A stretch of 64,000 bases of DNA from Paraphysomonas bandaiensis (taxonomy: Eukaryota; Protista; Chrysophyceae). The stretch is taken from contig CBFFRP010000363.1 of the NCBI GenBank assembly GCA_965644295.1, positions 1-64,000 on the forward strand, written 5' to 3'. Position numbers and translations under genes: made by a program. Positions 12,244 through 22,134 of the stretch are shown here, piece by piece. Under the pieces are notes generated by a model. It worked only from the letters and a program-made list of their open reading frames with translations, did not search any database and had not been told where the DNA came from. Position 1 is the first letter of the stretch, and every line of letters begins with the position of its first letter.

Positions 12244-12534
12244 TATGTACAAGTACTTGATATAATAGAACTAAATGTTTTTAGGATGTAGTATTTCCTC
12301 CTCTGTACTCCGAAGAAACTCGAAACAATGTTAAACAATATTCATGGAACTCTACAGCTACTTTGTGGCAACATTATGCTTATCAGCGGCAAACTTAATA
12401 CTATAAGAGTTAGAAAATGCATAGTTTCCTGAGCACTGATCAACAACATTACCACGTACTTATAAATTCTCTGCCCTACGATGGCAAATACAGTCCAACA
12501 TAAAGTTTCACTCTATTAACCAGCTCCAAGCCCA

Positions 12535-13740
12535 ATGTCTCTATTGAGACTGTGGCTGAGTCACATCAGTGTGCCCAGGGCCTTTTACACTCCCTTACTG
12601 CTGCATTTTGTTGACCACCACGCTTCCGACAAATTACCTGTCACACCATGTTGTACACGCTCCAAGCCCCCCTGCCTGGCCTTGCAACCTTCACCCTACT
12701 CAACTACTTCAGTTAAACCACGTGCCTGCACCAATGCAGCGCTGACCGCACCTACGTGCTATCCCCTCAGCAGACAACTTCGTCTCACCCATCGCTTTCT
12801 ACGGCTACAACCTCTCAGAACATGGCTCGTGCGAGCAGGCTCACGAAAACGACCCCCATGGACCCCCTATGCAATCACTGAATACTCTCGATCCCTCTCA
12901 ACTGTGCAACAGGGCTGCCTTCTGCCGCCCACTCAGCCCAACCCAACATGGTTTGTCTGTGGTCCATCCACCCAGCAGGCTACCCCCTCACCCTGTTCAC
13001 CTATCACCCCCACAGCCCATCCATCTCATTGGATAGACACTGTATTCCGCATACGGTTTACTCGACTACTGTACTACTGTGTCCTACAGGATGTATACCA
13101 TTCCGTGTATACCTCTACTGCTGTTGGACACATCACCATGTCCATGTACCTGTATACCTGTACTGTTGGACACATCACCATGTCCATGTACCTGTATACC
13201 GGTACTGTTGGACACATCACCAGCTCTCTCTCTCTGTCCAACACACTCATAACACCACTGCAGTGTCATACACACACACAGTACACTCTACCTCCTCCTA
13301 GAAAACCCCCGGACAAACTATCGCCTCTCCCTTACTGGGCGTACTGGTCCACCCACCATTCCTCCTTCCTTCCACAAACTCAATTCCTTCCATCTTATGA
13401 TGTGTTTTGCTCCAACGATCACTTCTTCCTGGACACCAAATACCCGGTGGAGTTGGAACTACACGCGCTACTCGAGAGAATTCCTGACCTTGTCATCATG
13501 CGTCTCCAAAATGTGTTGCAATGTCATTCCAAGGGAATGCAAGGAGTCCACCGTGCCAGGTCCATCAACCATCCCTCCCACGCCCTTCAGGGGAAGGAAT
13601 TCTCCTCCGATAACAGCGGTGACGGACCCAGCAAATCGGACCTAGGTGCACTCAGGACCCTAATTCAGAATGCTGAGCCCCCTCCAAAACCAATGGAGAC
13701 CCATCCCAAAGGGAGACCCCCAGATCAAAAGCGCCGGTGA
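12535..13740 (+). CDS. 401-aa Pro/Thr/His-rich ORF carried by the retroelement
   Basis: Intronless open frame with recurring basic-PP motifs (RSKPPC, RKRPPW, RKPPDK, KGRPPD). C-terminal LGALRTLIQN...PKGRPPD is shared with the 27270 ORF. Confidence 0.55.
   Translation: MSLLRLWLSHISVPRAFYTPLLLHFVDHHASDKLPVTPCCTRSKPPCLALQPSPYSTTSVKPRACTNAALTAPTCYPLSRQLRLTHRFLRLQPLRTWLVRAGSRKRPPWTPYAITEYSRSLSTVQQGCLLPPTQPNPTWFVCGPSTQQATPSPCSPITPTAHPSHWIDTVFRIRFTRLLYYCVLQDVYHSVYTSTAVGHITMSMYLYTCTVGHITMSMYLYTGTVGHITSSLSLSNTLITPLQCHTHTQYTLPPPRKPPDKLSPLPYWAYWSTHHSSFLPQTQFLPSYDVFCSNDHFFLDTKYPVELELHALLERIPDLVIMRLQNVLQCHSKGMQGVHRARSINHPSHALQGKEFSSDNSGDGPSKSDLGALRTLIQNAEPPPKPMETHPKGRPPDQKRR
13121..13222 (+). repeat. 42-bp in-frame tandem repeat (~2.4 copies)
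   Basis: CTGTTGGACACATCACCATGTCCATGTACCTGTATACC(T/G)GTA at 13121, 13163 and 13205; encodes TVGHITMSMYLYT(C/G). Confidence 0.9.
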
Positions 13741-14440
13741 GTCCACGGACACACGATAAAGGCGAATTTCATATCACACAAAAAGAACGGAAGTGGTTGC
13801 ACCTTGGTGCTTGCGGCGACGCACAAGCAGCTTTCGTGTAGCGTTAAATAGTAGGATAAAAGAGTTTGTATTGATTAGTTACGGGTAGTGGTCTAACTAG
13901 TATGACTAGCATTCTTCTAGCCACTAATTGATGCAAGGTCTCAACGCCTATTGCTAAATAATCAGACATTCACTACCACGTACTTATACTTTAAAACTCC
14001 AAAAAACATTAAAAATACACAAAGTTGAAAGAAGATACAGCACACAACTAGTCCAAATAAAGACCTAAACAAAATAATTATACTCTGTAATTAAGCGACA
14101 ATGATGGCAGTATAATTTACAGAGTCTACTTCCTTCGTTCGGGCTTTATGCTTTTTTCTAAGAGAGATAACTGGTATTCCTTGATAGAAGACCGAAAGAC
14201 AGGATGCCAGTTTGCTCCCATCCAATTACAATCACAACAAAATGAGGGAGCTGATTTTGCACAGATTGTTCAAAAAAACAGTACCTTTCTTAATGTAAAG
14301 AAAACGTTATAATGAGAGGCCAACCTTCCCACTATATTGTAATAGCCATTGTCATAGCCATTAAGGGCAATAAATGGTCATCGTCCTTAATGTTTTGCAA
14401 CTTCTAATTCTAATATTATGTGCTCTTATACTATATTATA

Positions 14441-14581
14441 GTAGCGTTAAATAGTAGGATAATAGAATTTGCGCTGATTAGTTATGGGTAGAGGTCTAAC
14501 TAGTAGACTAGTATTCAACTAGCCGCTATATCGGAGCGGGTTTTTAACGCCTATTGCTAAATAAAAAGACATTCAATATAA
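14441..14581 (+). mobile_element. Extremely 5'-truncated retroelement insertion (subtype B 3' module only)
   Basis: Matches 29044-29182 with only 2 substitutions; 16-bp TSD TATACTATATTATAGT (14427-14442 / 14582-14597). Confidence 0.9.
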
Positions 14582-14599
14582 TATACTATATTATAGTTA

Positions 14600-14841
14600 A
14601 TAATTATCAATTAATTGCAATTTAATTGCAACCTTACAGCGAGCAATTATAATTGCAATTATTACGTATGCTCCATGAAATCTAATTGCAATTACAATTA
14701 ATTGTTACGCAGCCCTGGTTCTGGACAGTGCCGAGATCACCAAGAGGGATTAACTTGTTAGCTACGTATCTACCGCTGCTTGCTTTATATCGAAGCACAA
14801 CCTAATGATGTTGAGAGGCTCTGCAGTCGTGCAAAGTTGAT
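14600..14841 (+). mobile_element. hAT-like debris (TIR end and degenerate dimerisation-domain copy)
   Basis: AATTGCAATT subterminal repeats end in GTTACGCAGCCCTG (14717); 14733-14841 is a decayed copy of ~1391-1501. Confidence 0.6.
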
Positions 14842-15176
14842 AGCTTTCCTTATCAGCATTCGTTTTAGTTAACCTAAGCACTCAGCTCGTTAAATATTTA
14901 CTACTTAGATCGTTAAGAAAATTTGAGTTGTCAGACTGAATAAATGACTTTAATTTATTGAGAGAATGGTGTCATTTTGCATAAAGTACATCACTGCATA
15001 AGTTTAGCTATCTAATAGTATCTACTAATAATTTCCGTATGAGCGAATCATCCTGTTAAAATAAGTGACTATGTAAACATTTGTAGTTACAGAATAATGA
15101 AGTCATGGTGGCGTAGTAACGCTAAAGTAATGCAACATCCAGCAATTATGATAAGAGGGAATAGAGATATATTATT

Positions 15177-16080
15177 CAACCTAGTCAATTTTTGGTTGAA
15201 TTTCCTAGTCATACTATTTTCGGTGTAAAAACCTAGCCAAAGCAATAAATGACTCAACCTAGTCAATTATAGTATTAAACCTAGTCGTGAATTGTACTCG
15301 CATATAGGTACGCGTTACAGGCCTATAGCTACGCATTACAGAGGCATGAGGTCATAGCAGGTGAAGTAGAACCAATGCGTTATACATCAGGTCAAAACAA
15401 AGCTAAAGAGCGGTATATAGCAGCATAGACAGGACTCCATCGCTCTCTCCAATGCTGAAGTAGGCTGGTAGACCATTCTTTCTCTCAACACAATCTTCAT
15501 GCATGTCCTTCAGTTACCTTTGAAAACATCGATGAAATCTTACTCTCTGGGGTCTATCAGCATCACTTATTTAACAATGAATTATAAAGCACAAGTATGA
15601 CAACAACACGCCAGGGGACTGAAAGAACACGTACGTACGACACGCGCAGTACCTGAATGGTATGTGCGTGGATTACCGCGTGGTACCAAACCACAGAAAT
15701 GAAAAAATTCTTCGCTGGCAGTGTCGGTTTTCTGATGCTCCTGATCACATCCTGGCTCATCCGAAGATTGTGGGGTTCGATGCCCATGAAATGAAGATTG
15801 CTGTGGAGCTACACCGTACTTGGTCATCAGAAACAGCCCAATTTTCATTTGGCTGTGACGACGAAGTGTGAGGCATATAGCATTTGAATTTTTGAATTTA
15901 TGGCTACAGTAGCTATGCTACCCTGTTTGACTAGGTGAATACCCACTTCCACCTACTCAACCTAGTCATTGTAATGATAAAAATCTAATTATTTAATGAC
16001 TAGGTTTTTCTACCTTTTGTCTAGTTTTTTACACCAATATTGGTGTGACTAGGAAATTCCACTAAATTGACTAGGTCGAA
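15177..16080. mobile_element. Degenerate element with clustered (AA)CCTAGTC / GACTAGG(TT) subterminal motifs
   Basis: About 5 CCTAG(T/C)C motifs at 15177-15290 and about 5 mostly inverted ones at 15928-16078. They bracket a more GC-rich, stop-interrupted coding-like interior. Confidence 0.45.
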
Positions 16081-17095
16081 AAATAGATCCCGAGGGAATA
16101 GAAGAAATGGAATAATATTGTATAAGTAGGTCTGTAGACCTTTCGAGCTCTCAACATAGTAGTCTTTGTAACTATGCTGTATTAGCTTTTTTGAATAATA
16201 TCTTTGTTTACTATTAATATAGGAGGGTTCAGTATGGTGTAAAGTGTAAAGCAATTGTCAATAACTTCCGTATGAGCGAATCATCACGATACTGCAGTTA
16301 TAATATAGCTATTGCAGTATTTTGACAACGTATTACATATATCAATTTTCTACATTGGATTCAACTATTGACAGAGTTCTATACTACACATACGATCCCA
16401 TTGATATCAATTTCAATTCCGTGATCTCTTCTTGATAGCAGCAAAATACAACAAACAAAAACTGTATACTGTACACAGTTAGGTGTAAGTCCACTGTATC
16501 ACCGTAGAAAAAAGAAAACGCCAAATAATTGTCTAAAATATATGGACGCTCGTTTCATATGATGTCACTGTACTGACTGTTGTTTTTATGAATGTAGTAC
16601 AGATGAGGTTGCTGTAACCAATATGTACACCAGAGGCTTGCATCACAACGTCATACAGTTTCAACTGTGAAAAGAGATGCAGGTTGGATGGTATCATGTA
16701 GGTGATGCATAGATTTCAATAGGAGCATGCATAGCCTGGCTGTGGACTCTATGTGGACATGCAATACACACCTGGCCTCATACATACATACACATGCGGA
16801 ATCCTGAACTACACCTCTGGAATACAGCGTATACTGTACAAGGATACAGTAATGTACTGCTGTAGTGTGTACCACTGTACCAGTTATATGGTACACAGTG
16901 CTGCTATACATACACTGTACATACCAATCTACACGTACATCCACATATACACATACAGTACTTACAGCAGCAGCCAGTACGTATATATGAAGCACTCCCC
17001 ACTGCACAATGAAACTGTGCATCCAGCTCATATCTAATCACTCTAATCCAAACTAATCCATAAACCACACAACCACAAATAAGAACTCGTTCTTC

Positions 17096-18666
17096 ATGCC
17101 TATAGATGCATCCAGTAGCAAAGAGCAAAGTCGCTCTCAGCGCCGTATTCGTTTTCTAACAGTCACTATCGTCCTTATCGTTCTATTCACATGCCATAAC
17201 TACATGCAAGAGCTCATCATGTCTGTTCCAGGTAATCTCGTATGCTCTTATGCTTCTACTATATGTGATTAACTGTTATATCAGGGTTCAAGGTTTGTTA
17301 TACTAGGACTACTGTATGTATTATCTAACATGCTATTAGTATGGGGTATTCTTGGGGTATCTAGAGGTATTGGGGGTCACTGTATTAGCGGCTGTCGAAA
17401 GGTCATTAAATAATGAAGCTAAACGTGTTGCCCCATGGAGTGCTTACGTTACCCTCTGTATATGTCTTTTCGTAAGCTCTGCAGCGAGCAATATGTCTCT
17501 CAATTATATCAACTACCCGACGAAAGTCGTATTTCGTTCATGCAAGGTACTGCTGTTCGTATTCTTTATCATTTTATGCTTAAGTAATATTGTCTTTAGC
17601 TTGTACCAACAATTTTAATAGCAATGCTGATGCTTAAAAAACAAGTCAGACCTTATGAACTTATGTTTGGTGTGCTAATATCCGCTGGGATGGTACTATT
17701 CGCTGTTGCTGACTTTCAAGTTTATCCTAATGCCAATTTATTGGGTATGTCAGCATGAAAAATTTATTTGGTGGCTGCGTAGTATTACACTTTGATTATT
17801 AAATTGAAGTTATAGTCGTCGACATACATACCCTTCCAGCTAACTATTTTCCAGGCATCTCTCTTGTTTCTACCAGCGTTATTGCGGATGCTTTCCTGCC
17901 CAACTTTCAAGAAAAGGTATTTGCTTTTGGATCGTCAAGAGTAGAGGTTACATACTACACCAATCTTCTCAGTTTAGTGCTGATGACTGTCACATTCACA
18001 TTTACTGGCGATCTACTGGTATGTCAGTATATCTATAAGATATTTTAGCTGAGCATTTCATGACTTGTACTTAAAGAAAGACATGTTATTTTGCCGTGTG
18101 GAAGTGCTTATATACCATACTTTTGCGTACAGTTTATAGGCATAATTCTTAGTTGTCCTTCTTGTTGATTCGTTGTGTAGGGTGCTGTTGAGGCTGCTGT
18201 AGCGAATCCTTGGTTGCTGACCCTCATGGTTATATATACTGTGGTCGCCTACCTTGCCATTACATGTCATATGACAATGGTTAAAGAGTTTGGGGGAATT
18301 GCCGCGGTAGTAATTGGGAATACTCGCAAGGCACTCACGATTGTGTTGTCGTTTGTCTTCTTCCCTAAGCCGGGGTCTTTGCTGTATATCCTTGGAGGAT
18401 TACTTGTGTTTGGCAGCCTCATTGCTAACGCGTACTTGAAAGAGAAAAATGCCAACGAGAGAAATAAAAGTGAAGAGCAGAAGGCGAAAGACAGTCCAAT
18501 TGTTTCTAATGACACTAATGGTCAAGGTAATAGTGATATCGATGGTGAATTGGGAAAGACAACTACTTTCACACGCAACGTCCAGATACCTAAGCGTGAA
18601 ACATTTTCACCACAAGCATTGAGTCATAGGTTTAATCGTTCCTCCTCTAAAGAGATTCCTGCATAA
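17096..18666 (+). CDS. Nucleotide-sugar/PAPS transporter, SLC35B3 (PAPST2)-like
   Basis: HNYMQELIMSVP|GFK|YGVFLGYLEV, SNMSLNYINYPTKVVFRSCK|LVP, ADAFLPNFQEK, VKEFGGIAAVVIGNTRKALTIVLSFVFFPKP. Confidence 0.88.
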
Positions 18667-19216
18667 TTATTATATGCATACCATATAATCCATGTAACGT
18701 AATTTATAGATAACTGTAGTAGTTAAATAATCTTAGTATTTGATTATATTCAAGTTGATGTATTATAAGAATTCTCGAGTGTGCTATATATGTAAGTAGA
18801 ATAATTAGATGTGACCTATGACACAAAATGAGTTATTTCCAATGAATGCGATTTAATGCACTACATACAGTTATACAAGTTGTGTCGTAGGCGAGGTGAG
18901 TCTGTAATCTGTAAAAACATATGAAGGAAAGGTAGCACTAAGTGTTGAAGACTAAAATAACAAATTATATCATATACTGATAATTTGATACGCAACTACA
19001 CAGAGTACTGATTACCATAAAAGAATCTTAGATGCACTTGAGAACACTAAGAATGAAAGTATTGTTGTTCTACACACGGATATTTTAGTTAAAAATAATT
19101 ACTGTGTTTTCCCACAAAATATATAGTACTCTCTTAGTCTCGCAGCCACGCATTTAAACTTCGAAGTTGCTTCTAATTATAAACTATCTATGACGAGCAT
19201 ATAATGTAAGACAAAT

Positions 19217-20009
19217 TTATAACTCTATTTCTAAGACCATTCCAGGCTTGCCTCCTTCCGGCACGACAACTAGTGTAGTTTCACCATTACTACCTTCTAC
19301 TTCAAATTTTGAACCTGCGAAATGATCAGGAGGAATCTTAATCCTCATTCTATTGGTGTTATTAGGTTTATCTGGTGGGGGAGGTAGAGTGCTACTTGTG
19401 TCGGTCACTGGAGATAGCTCAGTACTCAAAGGCCTTGCGCTTTCAAACGACAATGTCTCGTTCCCGATATGTGACAATACGACAGCGGTAACAGTATTCA
19501 TTCGTGGCGGAGGCTCACGACTACCATTACTTGTACTTGGTGCGGGTAGTTGAGGTCTAGGAGGAGATGCAATGGGTTGCGACAGCCAATATTCCAGGGA
19601 TACGAATACCTGGAAAATAGAGCATGGCACGCAGCACCCTTTGCAGGTATCACAAATTGTCGTAGTTACTTTGTATTCTCGGGCAATATCAGAACGTAGA
19701 GATGCACTGAGAATCATTTGGCCAGGGCAAAGGCATACAGTTGAGACACAGCAACACAACCATCCTTGACAACCCATACCACAACACCACTCCTTTTCCC
19801 TCTCCAAAACAGATTTAATACGACCTAGCATACCACATGGACAGAAACATGCCAATGGACAGAAAACAGGATAGAAGCGAAGTCGTTCCTCATCTGGAGT
19901 TCTGTATATACACCACATAACACATGAAACACATACGAGACAATTATAGGCACCTGTACACGAAGCAATTGCATAAAGTACCTTCCCACTGTCTCTCCGT
20001 AAAACTCAT
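19217..20009 (-). CDS. PLAC8 (Cys-rich) family protein with C-terminal extension
   Basis: MSFTERQWEGTLCNCFVY|R...CPLACFCPC...LRSDIAREYKV...CCVPCSIFQ (PLAC8 W-x-x-x-L-C-x-C and CCxPC-x-x-x-Q motifs); one intron at ~19902-19953. Confidence 0.8.
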
Positions 20010-20812
20010 CCCACAAACAAACACAACAAATAGAGAGTTTGAGATTAGTGCATATCAAATGAAGAGAACTGTATAGCGAGAGCTGCAAGTCAACCGTATG
20101 TATATATGTATATATATACTGTACATACGACTATGAACACATGGTGGTTCGTACTGCTGCACAATTTTTGCCCAACACAAGAATTACAATTCCGTGGGTG
20201 GGAAAAAGTCAACCAGGCAAAAACTCCCAGGTTTTTAGCTGAACACTGTTTTTTTTATAATCAATACATATTCTCAAACAACGAAAAACGGCGTTTTTTT
20301 ATTCCGACCTACGGAATTGGGGGATCGGATTTCCCAGAATCCATGAAAAAATTAGAAAAAAAAACAGAAGAAACACGGCATTATCCAGAAAATTTCGTGT
20401 TTATTTCTAAAAGTTAGAATTATCCAGATGGAATGTTAAAAAATTCGATAGATATTCTTTATTTGACCAGAATTGACCCAAAAATTCTGGAAATTCCACT
20501 AGATCTTTAGCATTTTCTGTATATTAACTCGAAATTTCAATATGGTTTCAGTTACATCTCTTAAAAAAATCAGTTCTTTTGTGGTCAAAATTTGAATGAA
20601 TGGGAGAGAAGACGAAAAGTTGGTGTGGTATGTACTGGAGCTACTGTATGTGGATCATCGCTGACAGGACTCTATGCAGGTCATAGTTATGGAAGTGTCG
20701 TGATAGACATATAAGTATATAGTTATCATCTATACGACATGCCTAAGAGTTTAATCAATATTATTGAATCATCGATATTAAGGAAACTATACTTGAGGTG
20801 CTTTAGAGATAT

Positions 20813-21547
20813 TTGGGAAGAGTGATTGAGTGCGAAGGATTAGATATGAACTATCCCATAGTTACCTCCAACAGAATCGAATTAGATTTTAGCGCTCATT
20901 ATACGCTATATTCAAGAAAGTTTAATCAAGTAATGGAAGGGGTTCATGAAGGATCCAGACTGGAGTATTCATGGCCTGTGTATTTCCTGCCATATCTCGC
21001 GTTATGTGGGCAGAGTCACATATCAAACTACTATGGCATCAAATCACTTTACGAAGCAGCTGTGTTTGTTAGAGATAAAACTCTCGGGAATTGTCTTGTT
21101 TCAGTCGCACAAGAATGTCTGAAGCAACTGGAGAATAATGTTGATATCAAAAAGTTGATGGGGTCTGTAGAGGACGCGATGAAGCTGCTCTCTTGTGCAA
21201 CTCTCTTTTCGTATGCTTCCGTCAATACTCCATACTTTTACATGTTCAATCAGCTTAAAGATGTTTGTACGAAGCGTTTAGGAAAAAGATGTGAGCACAC
21301 AGAGAGTTTTTGTAAACTATCGTTGCTGAGCTATCATCAATCTGCCTCCGATCAACATATCAACAGGCTGATTAACATTTCTGGTCTGCATGACGAAGGG
21401 GTAGCGCTTCTGCCTGTGATAAAGGACTGCTATGGGGATATTTACATGATGTTTATCCTCTCGCCAAAAGAAAGTAGACAAATGAGCAAGCCTGGATCAG
21501 GTGTGCACGCTATTGACATGGAAGCGCTCAATGCTGGGAAACGATGA
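20813..21547 (+). CDS. DUF1810 (Rv1873-like) family protein; start uncertain
   Basis: SWPVYFLPYLALCGQSHISNYYGIKSLYEAAVFVRDKTLGNCL...LMGSVEDAMKLLSCATLF parallels the DUF1810 consensus HWMWFIFPQLxGLGxSxxAxxYxIxSLxEAxAYLxHPVLGxRL...GxPDDxKLxSSMTLF. Confidence 0.75.
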   Translation: MGRVIECEGLDMNYPIVTSNRIELDFSAHYTLYSRKFNQVMEGVHEGSRLEYSWPVYFLPYLALCGQSHISNYYGIKSLYEAAVFVRDKTLGNCLVSVAQECLKQLENNVDIKKLMGSVEDAMKLLSCATLFSYASVNTPYFYMFNQLKDVCTKRLGKRCEHTESFCKLSLLSYHQSASDQHINRLINISGLHDEGVALLPVIKDCYGDIYMMFILSPKESRQMSKPGSGVHAIDMEALNAGKR

Positions 21548-22134
21548 TACTGTTTTATTTTCTTAACACAATGAGAGCAAAGGATGATATATTATTTTGT
21601 TTATGCTGAATTAGGCTCTCTGTGTGGTTTTTTCTTATTAACGAGGTTAGACTGTGTATTATTGGTATAATATTGATGTGATTATTTTATTGCTTGCAAT
21701 GGATAGCCGCAAATGATTTTTTTCGAATACACATAACAATATAATCTGTGTACAATACTTGCAATTTTAGCGTGCCAAAATCATAGAGTGTTGAAGTAAA
21801 TTCACACAATAAAGACTGTAGGGATCGAAGAATGTAGTTCATGTTACATGTCACAGTTCATCAACATAACCGAGACACCAGAAGAGTTTCCTTCAACATA
21901 TTCGTTAGTTATTCAGTCGTAGTTTCATTTAACATTAAATGATAGTTATTATCATTACAAAAGAGTTACGGTAAAAAACAATGTAGTAGATTTAGTACCA
22001 ATCTAGAGCTATTTCAGTACTATTGTCTATTGTACGTTGTACGAAAAATACAACACTAATATGCATGTAGCTAAGCCACACCAGAAGCAATATGTATTAA
22101 TACGCAATATACAATGCATATACATTCGGTAGTA

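Larger units (their letters stand above)
12465..13973 (+). mobile_element. 1.5-kb retroposed element (subtype A 3' module), no RT/endonuclease visible
   Basis: Flanked by a perfect 15-bp TSD TACCACGTACTTATA (12450-12464 / 13974-13988); the last ~335 bp are homologous to the end of the 27276-29182 element. Confidence 0.9.

Noticed and set aside
20190-20580. A/T-tract-rich segment with short repeats (ATTATCCAGA x2) in a divergent gap
   Set aside because: No TIR, TSD or second copy found in the window, so it cannot be classified.
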